Assembly (NCBI RefSeq): GCF_004010195.1
Contig: NW_025215310.1
Span: 45,752-90,694, forward strand
Length of the DNA stretch: 44,943 nucleotides
Direction: 5' to 3'
From: Chiloscyllium plagiosum
Lineage: Eukaryota
The position numbers and the translations under genes are program-made. Below, piece after piece: positions 13,070 to 24,769 of this stretch. The notes beneath the pieces are model-generated. The model saw only the letters and a list, made by a program, of their open reading frames with translations, made no database searches and was not told the origin of the DNA. Numbering within the stretch: the first letter of the stretch is position 1; every line of letters starts with the position of its first letter.

Positions 13070-13378
13070 GTTTGTGAGAAGATTTGTAGCTCGTGTGCTC
13101 GTTGCTGTGGTTCTGTTCGCCGAGCTGGAAGATTTTGTTGCAAACGTTTCGTCCCCTGTCTAGGTGACATCCTCTGTGCTTGGGAGCCTCCTGTGAAGCG
13201 CTTCTTTGGACAGCTGAAACTGACAACCGGAAGCGGTAGGGACAGGCTACTATATCTGCCGGAGGAAACACCACAGACGCGCTTCACAGGAGACTCCCAA
13301 GCACTGAGGATGTCACCTAGACAGGGGACGAAACGTTTGCAACAAAAACTTCCAGCTCGGCGAACAGAACCACAGCAA
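13070..13378. mobile_element. Palindromic mini-Penelope element (second copy) with 12-14 bp TSD
   Basis: Arms 13102-13201 and 13279-13378 are inverted; TSD aatccttgtataaa at 13056-13069 and 13377-13390 duplicates CR1 coding sequence. Confidence 0.92.
13301..13340 (+). ncRNA. Minimal type I hammerhead ribozyme motif (mirror copy on - strand at ~13140-13179 has a core substitution)
   Basis: gca-CTGAGGA-t-gtcacct-agac-aggggac-GAAA-c-GTT-tgc; palindromic AAACGTTT stem III typical of dimeric Penelope hammerheads. Confidence 0.72.
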
Positions 13379-13820
13379 TCCTTGTATAAATCCCATCTGG
13401 CCAGGGGACCTATGTCCTTTCACAGCTTCTACAATCGATAACGCCTCATACTTATTAACCTCGACGCTTTCTCGTCTAATAGCCCGTATCTCAGTATTCT
13501 CAGTGCACTGTTAAGTACTTTTAAAATATTATGACACTTCCCGCCTTGTCACCCTTGTAGGTGATTACGTTATTTTGTTGCCACCCAATTGGAGAAAATA
13601 TGTTTTGCTCACATCTCCTCTAACCATGTTGCCCTTTACGTTGAGTTTAATCTAGCTGATCATTGATCCATCCAATAATGGATGATAAAATGCACTATTT
13701 CCCTCAATCTATCTCTTTTGAGGAAAACCAGCTCAGTCGATTCAATCTCTCTTTGTCACTGAAACTTGCCCCCGAAGGAAGGAAATAAGCCATGAAACAG
13801 AGCTTGATGATCCCGCATAT

Positions 13821-14571
13821 NNNNNNNNNNNNNNNNNNNNNNNNNNNNNNNNNNNNNNNNNNNNNNNNNNNNNNNNNNNNNNNNNNNNNNNNNNNNNNNN
13901 NNNNNNNNNNNNNNNNNNNNNNNNNNNNNNNNNNNNNNNNNNNNNNNNNNNNNNNNNNNNNNNNNNNNNNNNNNNNNNNNNNNNNNNNNNNNNNNNNNNN
14001 NNNNNNNNNNNNNNNNNNNNNNNNNNNNNNNNNNNNNNNNNNNNNNNNNNNNNNNNNNNNNNNNNNNNNNNNNNNNNNNNNNNNNNNNNNNNNNNNNNNN
14101 NNNNNNNNNNNNNNNNNNNNNNNNNNNNNNNNNNNNNNNNNNNNNNNNNNNNNNNNNNNNNNNNNNNNNNNNNNNNNNNNNNNNNNNNNNNNNNNNNNNN
14201 NNNNNNNNNNNNNNNNNNNNNNNNNNNNNNNNNNNNNNNNNNNNNNNNNNNNNNNNNNNNNNNNNNNNNNNNNNNNNNNNNNNNNNNNNNNNNNNNNNNN
14301 NNNNNNNNNNNNNNNNNNNNNNNNNNNNNNNNNNNNNNNNNNNNNNNNNNNNNNNNNNNNNNNNNNNNNNNNNNNNNNNNNNNNNNNNNNNNNNNNNNNN
14401 NNNNNNNNNNNNNNNNNNNNNNNNNNNNNNNNNNNNNNNNNNNNNNNNNNNNNNNNNNNNNNNNNNNNNNNNNNNNNNNNNNNNNNNNNNNNNNNNNNNN
14501 NNNNNNNNNNNNNNNNNNNNNNNNNNNNNNNNNNNNNNNNNNNNNNNNNNNNNNNNNNNNNNNNNNNNNNN
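13821..14571. other. Assembly gap (N run)
   Basis: Continuous N bases. Confidence 1.
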
Positions 14572-15268
14572 TTAACGTGGATTACCTCGAGCTACCTTTC
14601 ATGACTCCATTCTGTGAGTTACTGTCCTCTTCTCTGTGGCCTGTTCACATAATAGTCTTCTAAATCTATAATCTTGGGAATTCAGTGGCGTTTTGACGTT
14701 CAGTGTAAACCGAGTGACTGCAGAAAATACTAAAAATAAGTGAATTGATGAATTCTACGTTGGACAAGTATTTGTGAAACATCACAGTCTCAACCAAGAG
14801 GGTGGTTCCTTAACAATTCCATATCTAATTAATGGTTGCAATCACTTAGCAGCAAGTCTACTAGAAGCAAGATTCATGTAATATATCTTCAAAACATGTT
14901 GAATTCGAAGATGCATTTTCACTATTACTATCTTCTGACCCCTCATTTATTGAATGTGTCTGCATCAAAGTTGGAACTATTTCATTTACATCCTGTGAAA
15001 TCATCTTGGGGATACAAAGACTCAATCTTAATTTTTGATAATGAAGATGCAAGTAACTTCAAGAGGTAAAATCACGCAACTGATAAATCATATTCGCCAC
15101 TGAGATTAAAGGTTCAGTTACCATAATACTTATTATGGAAAAAAAATGAGAAGGTGCGTTTTGCCAGGAATAATCATGCCCACACAAGCATAAAATGTGC
15201 CATTAGCAATATGTGAACAGGAGTATGGTTTTCGTCCTATCGAGTCCTTTCCGGTATTTAAATGAACT

Positions 15269-15549
15269 CATAGAATCCTGACAGTGCAGATCGAGGCCAT
15301 TTGAGTAATTCAGTCTGTAATGACTCTCCGAAGAGCATTTCACCCATATCCATTCCTCTCATTTAATTCCCAAAACTTTTCATTTATGATGACTATCCTG
15401 TAACTATTTTGCCTGTGGGAAGAACCCAGAGTGCCAAGTAGAACTACACAGACCAAGGTTATAGCAAACTCCACAGAAACTCCCAAAGTTGAAAGAGGGC
15501 TCAAGTCCCTGACAGTGAAAGACAGCAACGCAAACCACTCAGCCACCCC
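15269..15549 (-). mobile_element. Old HE1/V-SINE-type SINE
   Basis: Reverse complement ggtggctgagtggtttgcgttgctgtct...tgtggagtttgc...; tail gcactgtcaggattctatg. Confidence 0.7.
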
Positions 15550-16581
15550 ACTGTTAATTTTGGGAATAAATACGCATATCTGTCTTTGTAACTAACTTTT
15601 AATAACTTTGTTTGGGAAACAAACGTTCTCTTGTTCAACTTGTTTTTTTTTCAGTGTCCATCACTTATGTGTAAATATTCAGTAACTAAATTGCAAATGG
15701 AACAGGGTGTCTCTCTCGTGCAGAGACGAATGTAACCTTTGATTTGACCAATAGATTAGGAGATTTGCCGTTGGAGTGTATTCTGTGAACAGGAAAAATA
15801 TGAATTCATCATAGTTCAACGAGACAACAGTGCGTTTCTGTCATGAGAGAGAATTGAATGATTTAGTTGAACCTGAGGGAAATATGGGAGGTACATATGT
15901 GGAGACGGAGAGGTACATATATTAGTTAGGTAAATGAGGAGCTAGAGGTTCAGAGGGAATCAGAATAAAAACAAACGAGCAACGAATGAGACAATTCTGG
16001 AATTCACTGCTTGTTGCGGTTTTTAATCAGAGACCCTCAGAAGACGTAAAATTGAATTATATGTGTAACCATAATGCCAAGATATGCATGGCGATGCGTG
16101 AATTCCCGTAAAATAGAATCAGAACGGGTCGGGTTTTCTTCTATAATTAGTAGTGCAAACAGCATCTACGGAAGTATTTTTTTTGTTTCTGAGCTGTAGA
16201 CCTCTATGTTTGTATATTCCATGGCAGAAGATCAAAAAATTGCCTTGAAATATACATATGTACAATGGAGGTGTTTCAGAAATTATATGGCGAAAGGAGG
16301 TTTAACTGCAATTGCAGCTGGTTTAGCTGCATCAGTCGACAGAAAGCAGAGGTAATCACATATCGTCATGTGCATTGCTTAAAATGACGAATATAAATGG
16401 TGTGATATTGTTACTTTTATGTCTATTATCTCTTACACTGAGATACTTTGAAAATATATTGTCTTATGAGCTCTTCAGGCTGTTCATACTATATAAGTGC
16501 ACCAACATCTTCGAACAGAGTTCACCATAAATGTTACAGCTGGCGATAAGTTGCAGAGAGCGATCAGCATGAACGATAACG

Positions 16582-17098
16582 AGGTCAGTTCAAAAGTCTA
16601 GTAACAGCAGAGAAGAAATTGTTCTTGAATCTGTTCTTCCGTGTAAGCAAACGTATTTATATTCTGTCCGATGGAAGAAGATGGTAGAGAGGACGAAAAG
16701 AGGTGGGCAGTGTCGTTGATAATATCGGTTGCTTTCTGGAGGCAGTGAGAAGTGTAGATGGAATCAATGAATGGAAGGTTGATTTGCAGTATGAAATGGT
16801 GTAGATTCACAATTCTCTGGAGTTTCTTTCATCTTGGGAAAAGCAGTTGCGTTGCCACACTGTGATGCATCCCAATCGGATGTTTTCTGTGCTATCTTTA
16901 TAAAACATTGAATGGATACTCTATGGACATGCCGAATTTCCTTTGGCTAATGAAGAAGGAGAAGTGTTGCTTTTCTTTCTTGACTGTAACGCTAAAGTGG
17001 ATGGACTAGGACAGTTTGCTGTTCATTATCTCTGCCTGAAACCTGACGCTGTCGACCATCTCCACTTCAGCATATTTGATGCAGAGAGGGATGTGTTC
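16582..17098 (-). mobile_element. Rex1/Babar-like LINE 3' fragment
   Basis: Minus-strand LPFIDSIYTSHCLQKATDIIND and, in a shifted frame, the LPSxR...TNRFKNxF-type C-terminal motif of Rex1 RT. Confidence 0.65.
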
Positions 17099-19281
17099 TC
17101 GTACTCCAGCTGCAACCTAACTAAAGTCAAATACCACTGGAGAATATCGTGGTTGTTCTTAAAAGTGATCTGAGGAGATCCACTGAGCTGTCTTCTTAAA
17201 AGCACCTCTTTTGATGCAAATGCACTCACATGTTTAGTCGGGGCTCTAAAACAAAGAATCTTCAAGAATAACTAACTGAAGCAAAAAATGCAAAATTGCT
17301 GGAGAAAATCAGCAGGTATAACAGTATCTGTGTACACAAATAAAGAGAATACTGTGAGGCGAGGTAAGGTTTCCATAACTGGCAACTGCTAAGCAAAGGT
17401 GACAGTTGTTCTGAAGACCTTTTTGAGTGGTTTGGTTGGAATGATTAATCTACTGCGTGGGGATGGAGCCCAGAAGGAGAGAGATAAAATGACAGGCAGC
17501 CAAAGGGCCTATTTCGAGTGAGCCATAAAAGAAAAACAGCTCGATATGCGGTAATGTGAAAAAGAAATGAAGAATTGAAAATGTGTTTATTTACTGAAGG
17601 CAAGCTACCTGCGGAAATGTTCTGGCCATGTAATGCTAAGTAATAGGCTGGAAAAAATGTATTCACACTCAGACTTTGGTGAACTCGATATTGAGTTCTA
17701 AGGGCTGTTAGTGTCTTGTAATTATTGTACCTTGGAAAAACAACTGTTTGCAGAGCGACTCTCACAAGACGCTGTCTCAATTTTGCTTTCATTGGACAGT
17801 TCCATTGACGATGTTGTACAATCTTAATATCACTTTGAAATGTCAGCCTTGTAAAACACCTCAATTTTGTGTTGTGTTTTATGTGATAGAATTATTGGCT
17901 TTCATGCGATCAACCGTTAAAGTTGAAAGTCCCAAGGTAATTTCCATCTGAAAAGATACCATAGATTAGCATTCTAACTGTACTGGAATTTTCTGCTGCA
18001 AATATTACATTGTTATTAGATGCGTATCAGCTGAAAATGAGGCAACGACTGTTCTTACACTGATGCTCGAACACAAAACTTGCATTTTGCCCTTACAACT
18101 GAAGCCAGAATATCACGAATTAAATCATCTTGGGAAATTCTCAATAAGTGAAGGGAGCATTCTCTCTTACAGAACCATCCCAGCTCATAATGGCATGTTG
18201 GTTATCATGTATTTTGGCATTATGATAAAATGTGATTAAATAGAATAGTAAAATCGCACAGGAGCGAAGAACCCCTTCTGCCCATCAAGTCTGTTCAGCC
18301 AAATATATAATACACAGTCAGGAGGCTGGAAGAACACAACAAGCCAGGTAGGATCAGGACGTGCAGAATTCGACGTTTCGGGTGTGAATCTTCAAGTCTG
18401 CGGGTGTGGGGAAGTTTCAGATCATGGAGGTGCAGGGGACAGCCTTTTGAAATGGGGAGATGTTAAGACAAGTAGAGGGTACGACCTTGTCGGTCAATGG
18501 GAGGAATTAATCCATTTGGTGGCAGGAAGAAATGGAAGGGATGGCGAAGGTGGAGTGAGTCGGGGGATGGGAATAAGGCTATCTTAAATTGGATATCTTA
18601 ATTTTGGACCCTCCAGGGTGTAAGCTGCCCAGGCGGAAGATGTCGTTCCTCCAACTTAATGTGGTCACGTTGAGGCAATGGAGGAGGCCAAGGATGGTCA
18701 TGTGGGAAACGGAGTAGTAATGGTAATTAAAATGGACAGTGTCTAGGAGGTTCTGAAGACGTTTGTGGTCCTGGATACAATTCTCACTCAACCGATCCCT
18801 ATGTTAATTTCAGTTTCCCTGATGTAGAGATGCACCTGATGCAGTAAGCTAGGTTGGAAGAAAGGCAGGGGAATCTCTGTCTCATCTGGAAATACTTTTG
18901 GGGGGTACTGGACGGAGGTGAGAGGAGTGGTGTACGAACAGATTTTGCATCTTTTCCGGTTGCAGGGAAAGGTTTGTTGGGGTTCACGGGGGTTGGTTTG
19001 AAGAATGGCGCAAACCAAGAACTGTTGAAGGGAACAGTCCACGCAAAAGGCAAAAGAGGCGTGTCGAGGGAAAGCTGTCCTTCGTGATGAGGTCCAGCTG
19101 GAGTTGGCGGGAGTGTTCCTTGATGGTGTGTTCTATGCGGAGACTGATGGAGTGGGATATGAGGACAAGGGGGGAACTGATTTTTTGCATTGGGAGTGGA
19201 ACGTTAGAGCAGTGGAACGGGAAGACGGATGGTGTGGTGGAGTGCTATCTGAATTACAGGGGGAGGAAAAGCACTTTGGTC

Positions 19282-19487
19282 TATCGGGGAAATTAAATTG
19301 ACTCGACTCAACTATTAACAAGAGCAACCAAAATGAGCTTTAATAATTTTATCTTCTGCATTGCAGAGGGACCACATGCACTTGACAAAAATGCCTTGTT
19401 CAAGGGCCGTGAGCATAATTCATATACTCGTCTTACACTGTTTCTTATCACACTCTCAAAGACAAAGACTGTGAAGATTTTAGTTGT
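19282..19487 (-). repeat. Partial 3' LTR of the ERV (upstream U3 half deleted)
   Basis: Matches 20834-21042; abuts gag sequence directly at 19487/19488; ATTAAA poly(A)-like signal on the minus strand. Confidence 0.88.
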
Positions 19488-20280
19488 AGCTTATTACCTC
19501 CAACCTTGCGTGGGTCAGGCAACTGCCAATTGGCACTTTCCAAATCCTTCATCGTCCATGGTCTGTGGAAAAGAACTGCGCACCCTTCTGGACTGCAACT
19601 TCAACCGTTTGGGCTTGCAGAACGACCTGGTAAGATGATCCTATGCGAAACTGCTCATCGTCTGACTCATCATCCATCCTGGGGACATTGCGAGCAGGCC
19701 CTGGATGACTTTCTATCTTGGAGTGGCCGTTGTCATTTGGAGCTTCTTGCTTTAGTTGGTTGCAGGTACGATTTGCTGTCGATGGTTTAGCAGACCCTGA
19801 GGTGGAGTCTGCAGGCTGGAACCATTGCCAGGTGGTTCTCGTAGGGGGGCTGCAGATCTTGGAGGGCAGTCATCAAGGTCAGGATCTTGAACAGACTTAA
19901 GAGACTACAGCATCGTTAGGTTATTTCCTGGGCATATCTGCGCGTGCACGAGTGTTTGTACGTGTATTTGATCAATCTTTTACTTGAGGCTTTCTTTCCC
20001 TGATATTAGCCTCAGCCTTCTACATGTTATAAGCACTCAAATTCACAGATGCTATTTTTCCCTTCCTTTTCTCCTTAATTCTCTCTCCTCCAACCTCGAA
20101 CTCAATTTCCAACTGTCTTTTACTAAAACATCCCCCCTCCGGCAAACCATATTCCTTGATCATTAATTTTAACTGCTTTAGAGATTCTGGGACATAATTA
20201 TTTATCACGTAATAAACTTTTGGTTGGCCATTCAAATTCCTCTGTGTACCCTCTTTTTGTTTGCTCTTGCCGGAGCCCAT
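19488..20280 (-). pseudogene. gag: Retroviral gag remnant (matrix to start of capsid)
   Basis: MGSGKSK myristoylation motif; YGLPEGGCFSK matrix motif; stop at AYNM*KAEA (probable TGG>TAG); later LQAQTVEVA and, frameshifted, VLFHRPWTMKDLESANWQLPDPRKVGG resembling the capsid N-terminus of fish ERVs. Confidence 0.75.
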
Positions 20281-20811
20281 TTTCAGTGTTACCGAAAAAG
20301 CGTTCAGCTCTCTCTATCTCACTTACGGTACCGTTATCCTTTTCCCTTTGACTTGCTTTTTACCTCCGATGGTCTCCTCTCGCATTGGGCGAGTCCGCCT
20401 CAACTCCTTGGTTTTCATAAACAACGAAACCACGTACCTGGTACTTTTTTGGAGACTCCAACTCAGTCAGTGTTAGTTCCAGTTCAAAAACCACCCTTAA
20501 ACTTGCTGTCTCTCAAACACTCTAGAGACAGCAATCCTTTCTCTTTAGTTTTGCTCGAATACCGCTTGAGGGTATACTGAACCGTTTTCCTGATTCATTT
20601 ATTCGCTTAGAATGAGTCTCTATATAGGATTACTTAAGCCACGACTCTTACCCCGACCCGATTCAGTCCAGACCCCGGCGCCGGGGCGATCCACAGATTC
20701 CCAGACCTCTCACGCAGTGGGGCCAATTTCGCGTTCGAGATGAAGTAGAAGTCCTTCAAGGCGTTGCCGCCTGCACATCCTGGGAATCTTCAGAATCTTA
20801 AACCGTGATGG

Positions 20812-20829
20812 GGTGCTGGGCGAACCCCA
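20812..20829 (-). promoter_or_regulatory. Putative degenerate primer-binding site (tRNA-Pro-like)
   Basis: TGGGGTTCGCCCAGCACC starts 4 nt after the LTR end and partly resembles the Pro PBS TGGGGGCTCGTCCGGGAT. Confidence 0.45.
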
Positions 20830-20833
20830 AGTT

Positions 20834-21250
20834 TACCGTTGTTGAAATTAAATTGACTAGACTCAACTATTCACAAGAGCAACCAAAATGAGCTTTAATA
20901 ATTTTAACTTCTGCATTGCAGAGGGACCACATGCACTTGACAAAAATGCCTTGTTCAACGGCTCTGAGCATAATTCATATACTCGTCTTATACTGTTTCT
21001 TATCACACTCTCAAAGACAAAGACTGTGAAGATTTTAGTTGTTATTCTTTTCATTCCCTTGCTGTGGACATGCTATTCTTATATTTTTCTCTTTTTGAAT
21101 GTTTACAAAGTTCCGCAGAGACAAGGTATCCCTCCACTGCAGATTTCTGCGAAGTGTCAGAATGTTTTAAATTTAGTAAAGCATTGTTTTTCAAATGTTA
21201 GAATAACTGGATATCAGAGTAAATGTTAATTTTGTTAATTTTCCATTACA
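20834..21250 (-). repeat. Full 5' LTR of the ERV (~417 bp)
   Basis: Bounded by the GGTC TSD at 21251 and the PBS; minus-strand termini TGTAATGGAA...CAACGGTA. Confidence 0.82.
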
Positions 21251-21939
21251 GGTCGAAATAGGTGGACATCTGGGATGCTCGCGAATGTAATGCCTCCTCG
21301 TCCAAGCAAATGCAGTGGAGGTGCAGGAATTCGTAGAATTCTGACATGACCATTCTTGGCCTCCCAACGAACCACACTGCAAATTGAAGGAACCAATCCT
21401 CATTTTCCGATTGGGCAGCCAACATCTCGGAGCAGACAACAGTGAATTATCCAATCTCAAATAACCACCTTTCCCATACGTGGACTCCCTTCCCAGCGCC
21501 GCCTCCCATCCACTCCTCCCTGCCACCAACCAGATTCATTCCTCCCGTTGACAAAACAGTTCGTACCCTCCACATGACTTTACCTATCCCCACTTCACCA
21601 CCTTATCCCTGCAAGCCCCATTGTCTGCGGCTCCCCTGTACCTATTCGTCGTCCTGAAGATGCGTTAGAACTGGAAAAACGACTTCTCCACATCGTGATG
21701 CTGCATGGCTGATTATCTGTTTTTGATTCCAGCATAAGAAGTCTATTTTTATCTTCTCTGCCGCATATATAAGGCAACCAAAAGGAAACCCACATTTTCT
21801 GGAGGAGCCCTGCTGCTCAGAATGATACAACACTTTCCATAGCCAATGTAGTACTCTGGAAATTCTCTGAGGTTTCCCACCTCACAATTCTTTGAGAGTA
21901 GGAGTTCGATGCCACGTTAATATTGAACAGAGTATCGCT

Positions 21940-22290
21940 GAGACATCTTCAGCAATACTGTATTCAGTTCTGCTCGCCCTGTTATTAAACTCGAGAAAGT
22001 TCAGATGAGATTGACAAAGATGCTGCTCTGTGGAAGGTTTGAGTTACATTGAAAAGCTGGATAGAATGGGATATTTCTCACTGGGATATAAGAAGTGGAC
22101 ATATGAGCTTATAGAGACGTATAAAATCAAGAGGTATGTGGATAGAATTAATGTTGTGTTGTTTGCATTGACTTTCAAGACTCGGGACACGTTTTATCGT
22201 GAAAGGCTGATGATATAAGAAAATGTGAGGCAATAGTTTCAACAGAGGGTGGTTTCAATGTTAAAGGAACATCCGAGAGATGAGATATTT
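21940..22290 (+). mobile_element. CR1 LINE 3' fragment
   Basis: EGLSYIEKLDRMGYFSL...LIETYKIKRYVDR; caacagagggtggt. Confidence 0.75.
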
Positions 22291-22765
22291 ACGGCTATAC
22301 CAGTTCCTATGGGAAATAACGAGTATAAATGCATGAGAAGGGCTAAACCATAAAGACCATAAGTGACTATTGCAAAGGGTCGGTGAAATGTTACATTAAT
22401 CGTGATGATGTATCAAAGGGACTGTGGAATGTGGCTAAACCAATTAGCGGAGTCAGGCTGAAGCTAAAAGATCATTGAGACAGGATAAGATAGTAACAAT
22501 CAGTGAAGGTAGACTCGCCTGCTGAAGATCAACGTTGGAAGGACATAATTGCAAATATTTAATCAGCAGTTAGCTGGGTCAGCATGTCAGGTTGCTGGAG
22601 ACCATTATGGCAAAATGTGACAGCACTTACTGAATTAGTAGCTAGCAGGGTTCGCCTGAGATGAAAGACCATTTTGGTAAATGTGAGAGCAAATATCTAT
22701 CATGACAGATTAGAATAAGATTAAGTTTAATGTAGTAAAGGTTATAGTGGCAGTCGTAGATAGGT

Positions 22766-23066
22766 GGGCGGCACGGTCGCACAGTGGTTAGCACTGCTGC
22801 CTCATAGCGCTAGAAACCCGGGTTCAATTCTCGCCACAAGCGACTGAGTGAAGTTTGCACATTCTCCCCGTGTCTGCTTGGTTTTCTTCCGGGTGCTCCT
22901 GTTTCCTCTCACATTCCAAAAATATGTGGGTGAGGTGAATTGGGAATGCTAAATTGTCCGTGCTGTTGCGTGACGGGTTAGGGGAATGGGTCTGGATGTG
23001 TTGCGGGTCAGTGTCGACTTGTTGGGCTGAATGGCCTGTTTCCACACTGTAAATAATCTAATCTAA
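22766..23066 (+). mobile_element. HE1/V-SINE-type SINE
   Basis: gggcggcacggtcgcacagtggttagcactgctgcctca...gggttcaattc...; tail ggcctgtttccacactgtaaataatctaatctaa. Confidence 0.92.
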
Positions 23067-24769
23067 TTTTGTAATCTAAAGAGAAATAACAGGAACTAAG
23101 CCTGTATATGTCTACTGAGATAACCCGAACTAACATCGTTGGACACGCTGATAAGATGGAAGGAAATATGATTAAAAAATGTATAAAGATCAACAGACCC
23201 CGAGGTTTGTGGACAATCAAGCATTCGTTTGTTTGTTGTCACAGCTTTTATTTGCAAATAAAATATTAACTTCTTGAAGAACACTGTTCGTCCCCTGGTA
23301 GTTCTCAACAATTCTCTACGACATTACGTTTACAAAAACACTAAGATATGTACATGAATAGGAATGTTTTGTGGGAATCTGCTTTGGGACAGGCAAGTCG
23401 GACGAGTTTAATTTACAATTACTTTCGGCAAGCACTAGTTGCACAAAACTGTCTGTTTCCAAGCTGTGTGACTCTGCGATTCAATAACCCCATAGCTATC
23501 CTTCCAGACAGTGCATCCCAGACGTCCAGCACTCGGGTGGTAGAATCTTTTTTTTTTCAAATCTTCTGACAATCTCCTGGGTTATTAAACCTGACTTGAT
23601 CCTTCAACAAACGGCCCCCTTTACTTTCTATCCATCAAGACTATTTCCCTCGGAATCGGTTGGACATCCGTCACTAAGCCCCTCAAATGTTCAGAATTAA
23701 AGAGAACAACTTAAGATTACGCAGCCTCTCTTCATGGCTGAAACATCCCATCCTGGTAACAGCCTGTTGAATCTTCATTACACCCTTTTTAGTACAAACA
23801 CGTCTTGTTCTATGAAGCTCTGTGTCATGTTCTGCAAACCCATTTCACAACTGATGAAGGCCCGCATCCTGGTTACCTTATAAAATAACTTGTTGATTTG
23901 TCCTGCCAACCTCAGAGATCCCGATGTCTGTATTTGTTGATATCACTGAAAGTGTTAGCAGAACTGCAGGCGTGATACGACTTCCAATTGGAGGAACAGT
24001 CCCATTTAATATCTTCCACAGGTACGCCCTTAGAAATAAAATTTTGGCCATGACGCGAGCTGGAGTGTTTAGACTTCCACATGATGGCCTCGGTACTGCC
24101 ATTTTGACAAACATGTGAGACCATATCTTTTTTGATAAATTTTGGTGTTGACGTCCGATGATTTCCACAGAGTGTCCATGAATTAAGTGTACTATCGTTT
24201 CTTTGTGTGCAATTACTTCCAGGGCGAGCGAAAACATGGTCATAGATGTGAATTGTGACATAGCAATGAGCCCAAATGTGAATCTAGAGTGCTAGAAAAT
24301 ATATACTTTTCACCTCTAACTCCAGTTACACACGTTTTAAAATTTGAATCAGAATTTCGTGTCCAGATTTTCAAAAATTGACTGTCAATTCTCAGAATTT
24401 CAGAATCTAGATTGAAATCATGATGCTTATAACAGTCAAATCTGAATTTGCTTCAGAGTGTGTGTGAATTCTGTATCATTTCAAGGGTCAGTGTTTTTGT
24501 TAGGATCTGTATCATTTTCAGTGTTTCTATTAAATTAGTGTTGGGCCCTGGTTTCAGAATCTGGATCACTGTAAAGGATTATGCAAGTTACAAAATTTCT
24601 ATCAGTTTCAGGGTCTGTCTTAGCGTCAGTGTTTTATTGATTTCAATTATTTTTGGACTCTGCATCAGATTTCCCCGGGGCTCTATTCGTTTCACGGTCC
24701 GTATGAGAATTACATTCTGAATTCGATTCAGGGATTGCATTTAATTACACTTCGAAAAGAAGGAACTTA

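Larger units (their letters stand above)
11625..13500 (-). mobile_element. 5'-truncated decayed CR1 LINE, interrupted by a mini-Penelope at 13070-13378
   Basis: Minus-strand RT motifs PGNYRPMSFTSV, FEEVTKHVDEGREVGGVYMDISKAF, SLKVATQIDSAVKRA, TLVRPH, QRVVKAWNSLP; many stops and frameshifts. Confidence 0.92.
19282..21250 (-). mobile_element. Internally deleted endogenous retrovirus (class I, gamma/epsilon-like): 5' LTR, PBS, gag remnant, partial 3' LTR
   Basis: Direct repeats 19289-19487 and 20844-21042 (7 mismatches counted in ~199 bp); 4-bp TSD GGTC at 19278-19281 and 21251-21254; LTR starts TGTAATGG on the minus strand; gag motifs inside. Confidence 0.88.
18318..21735 (-). mobile_element. 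Penelope-like element with an inverted 3'-end copy (21345-21735, +), split by an ERV insertion
   Basis: Minus strand: TFPCNRKRCKICSY...FQMRQRFPCLSSNLAYCIRC...LYIRET (GIY-YIG region). Removing 19282-21254 restores collinearity with the copy at 36.3 kb (gcatcccagatgtccacctattt...). 21345-21465 is an inverted homolog of 18580-18705. Confidence 0.8.

Noticed and set aside
19333..21229. Duplicated ORF MSFNNF...AEGPHALDKNALF suggesting a tandem gene pair
   Set aside because: It is the antisense translation of the two LTR copies.
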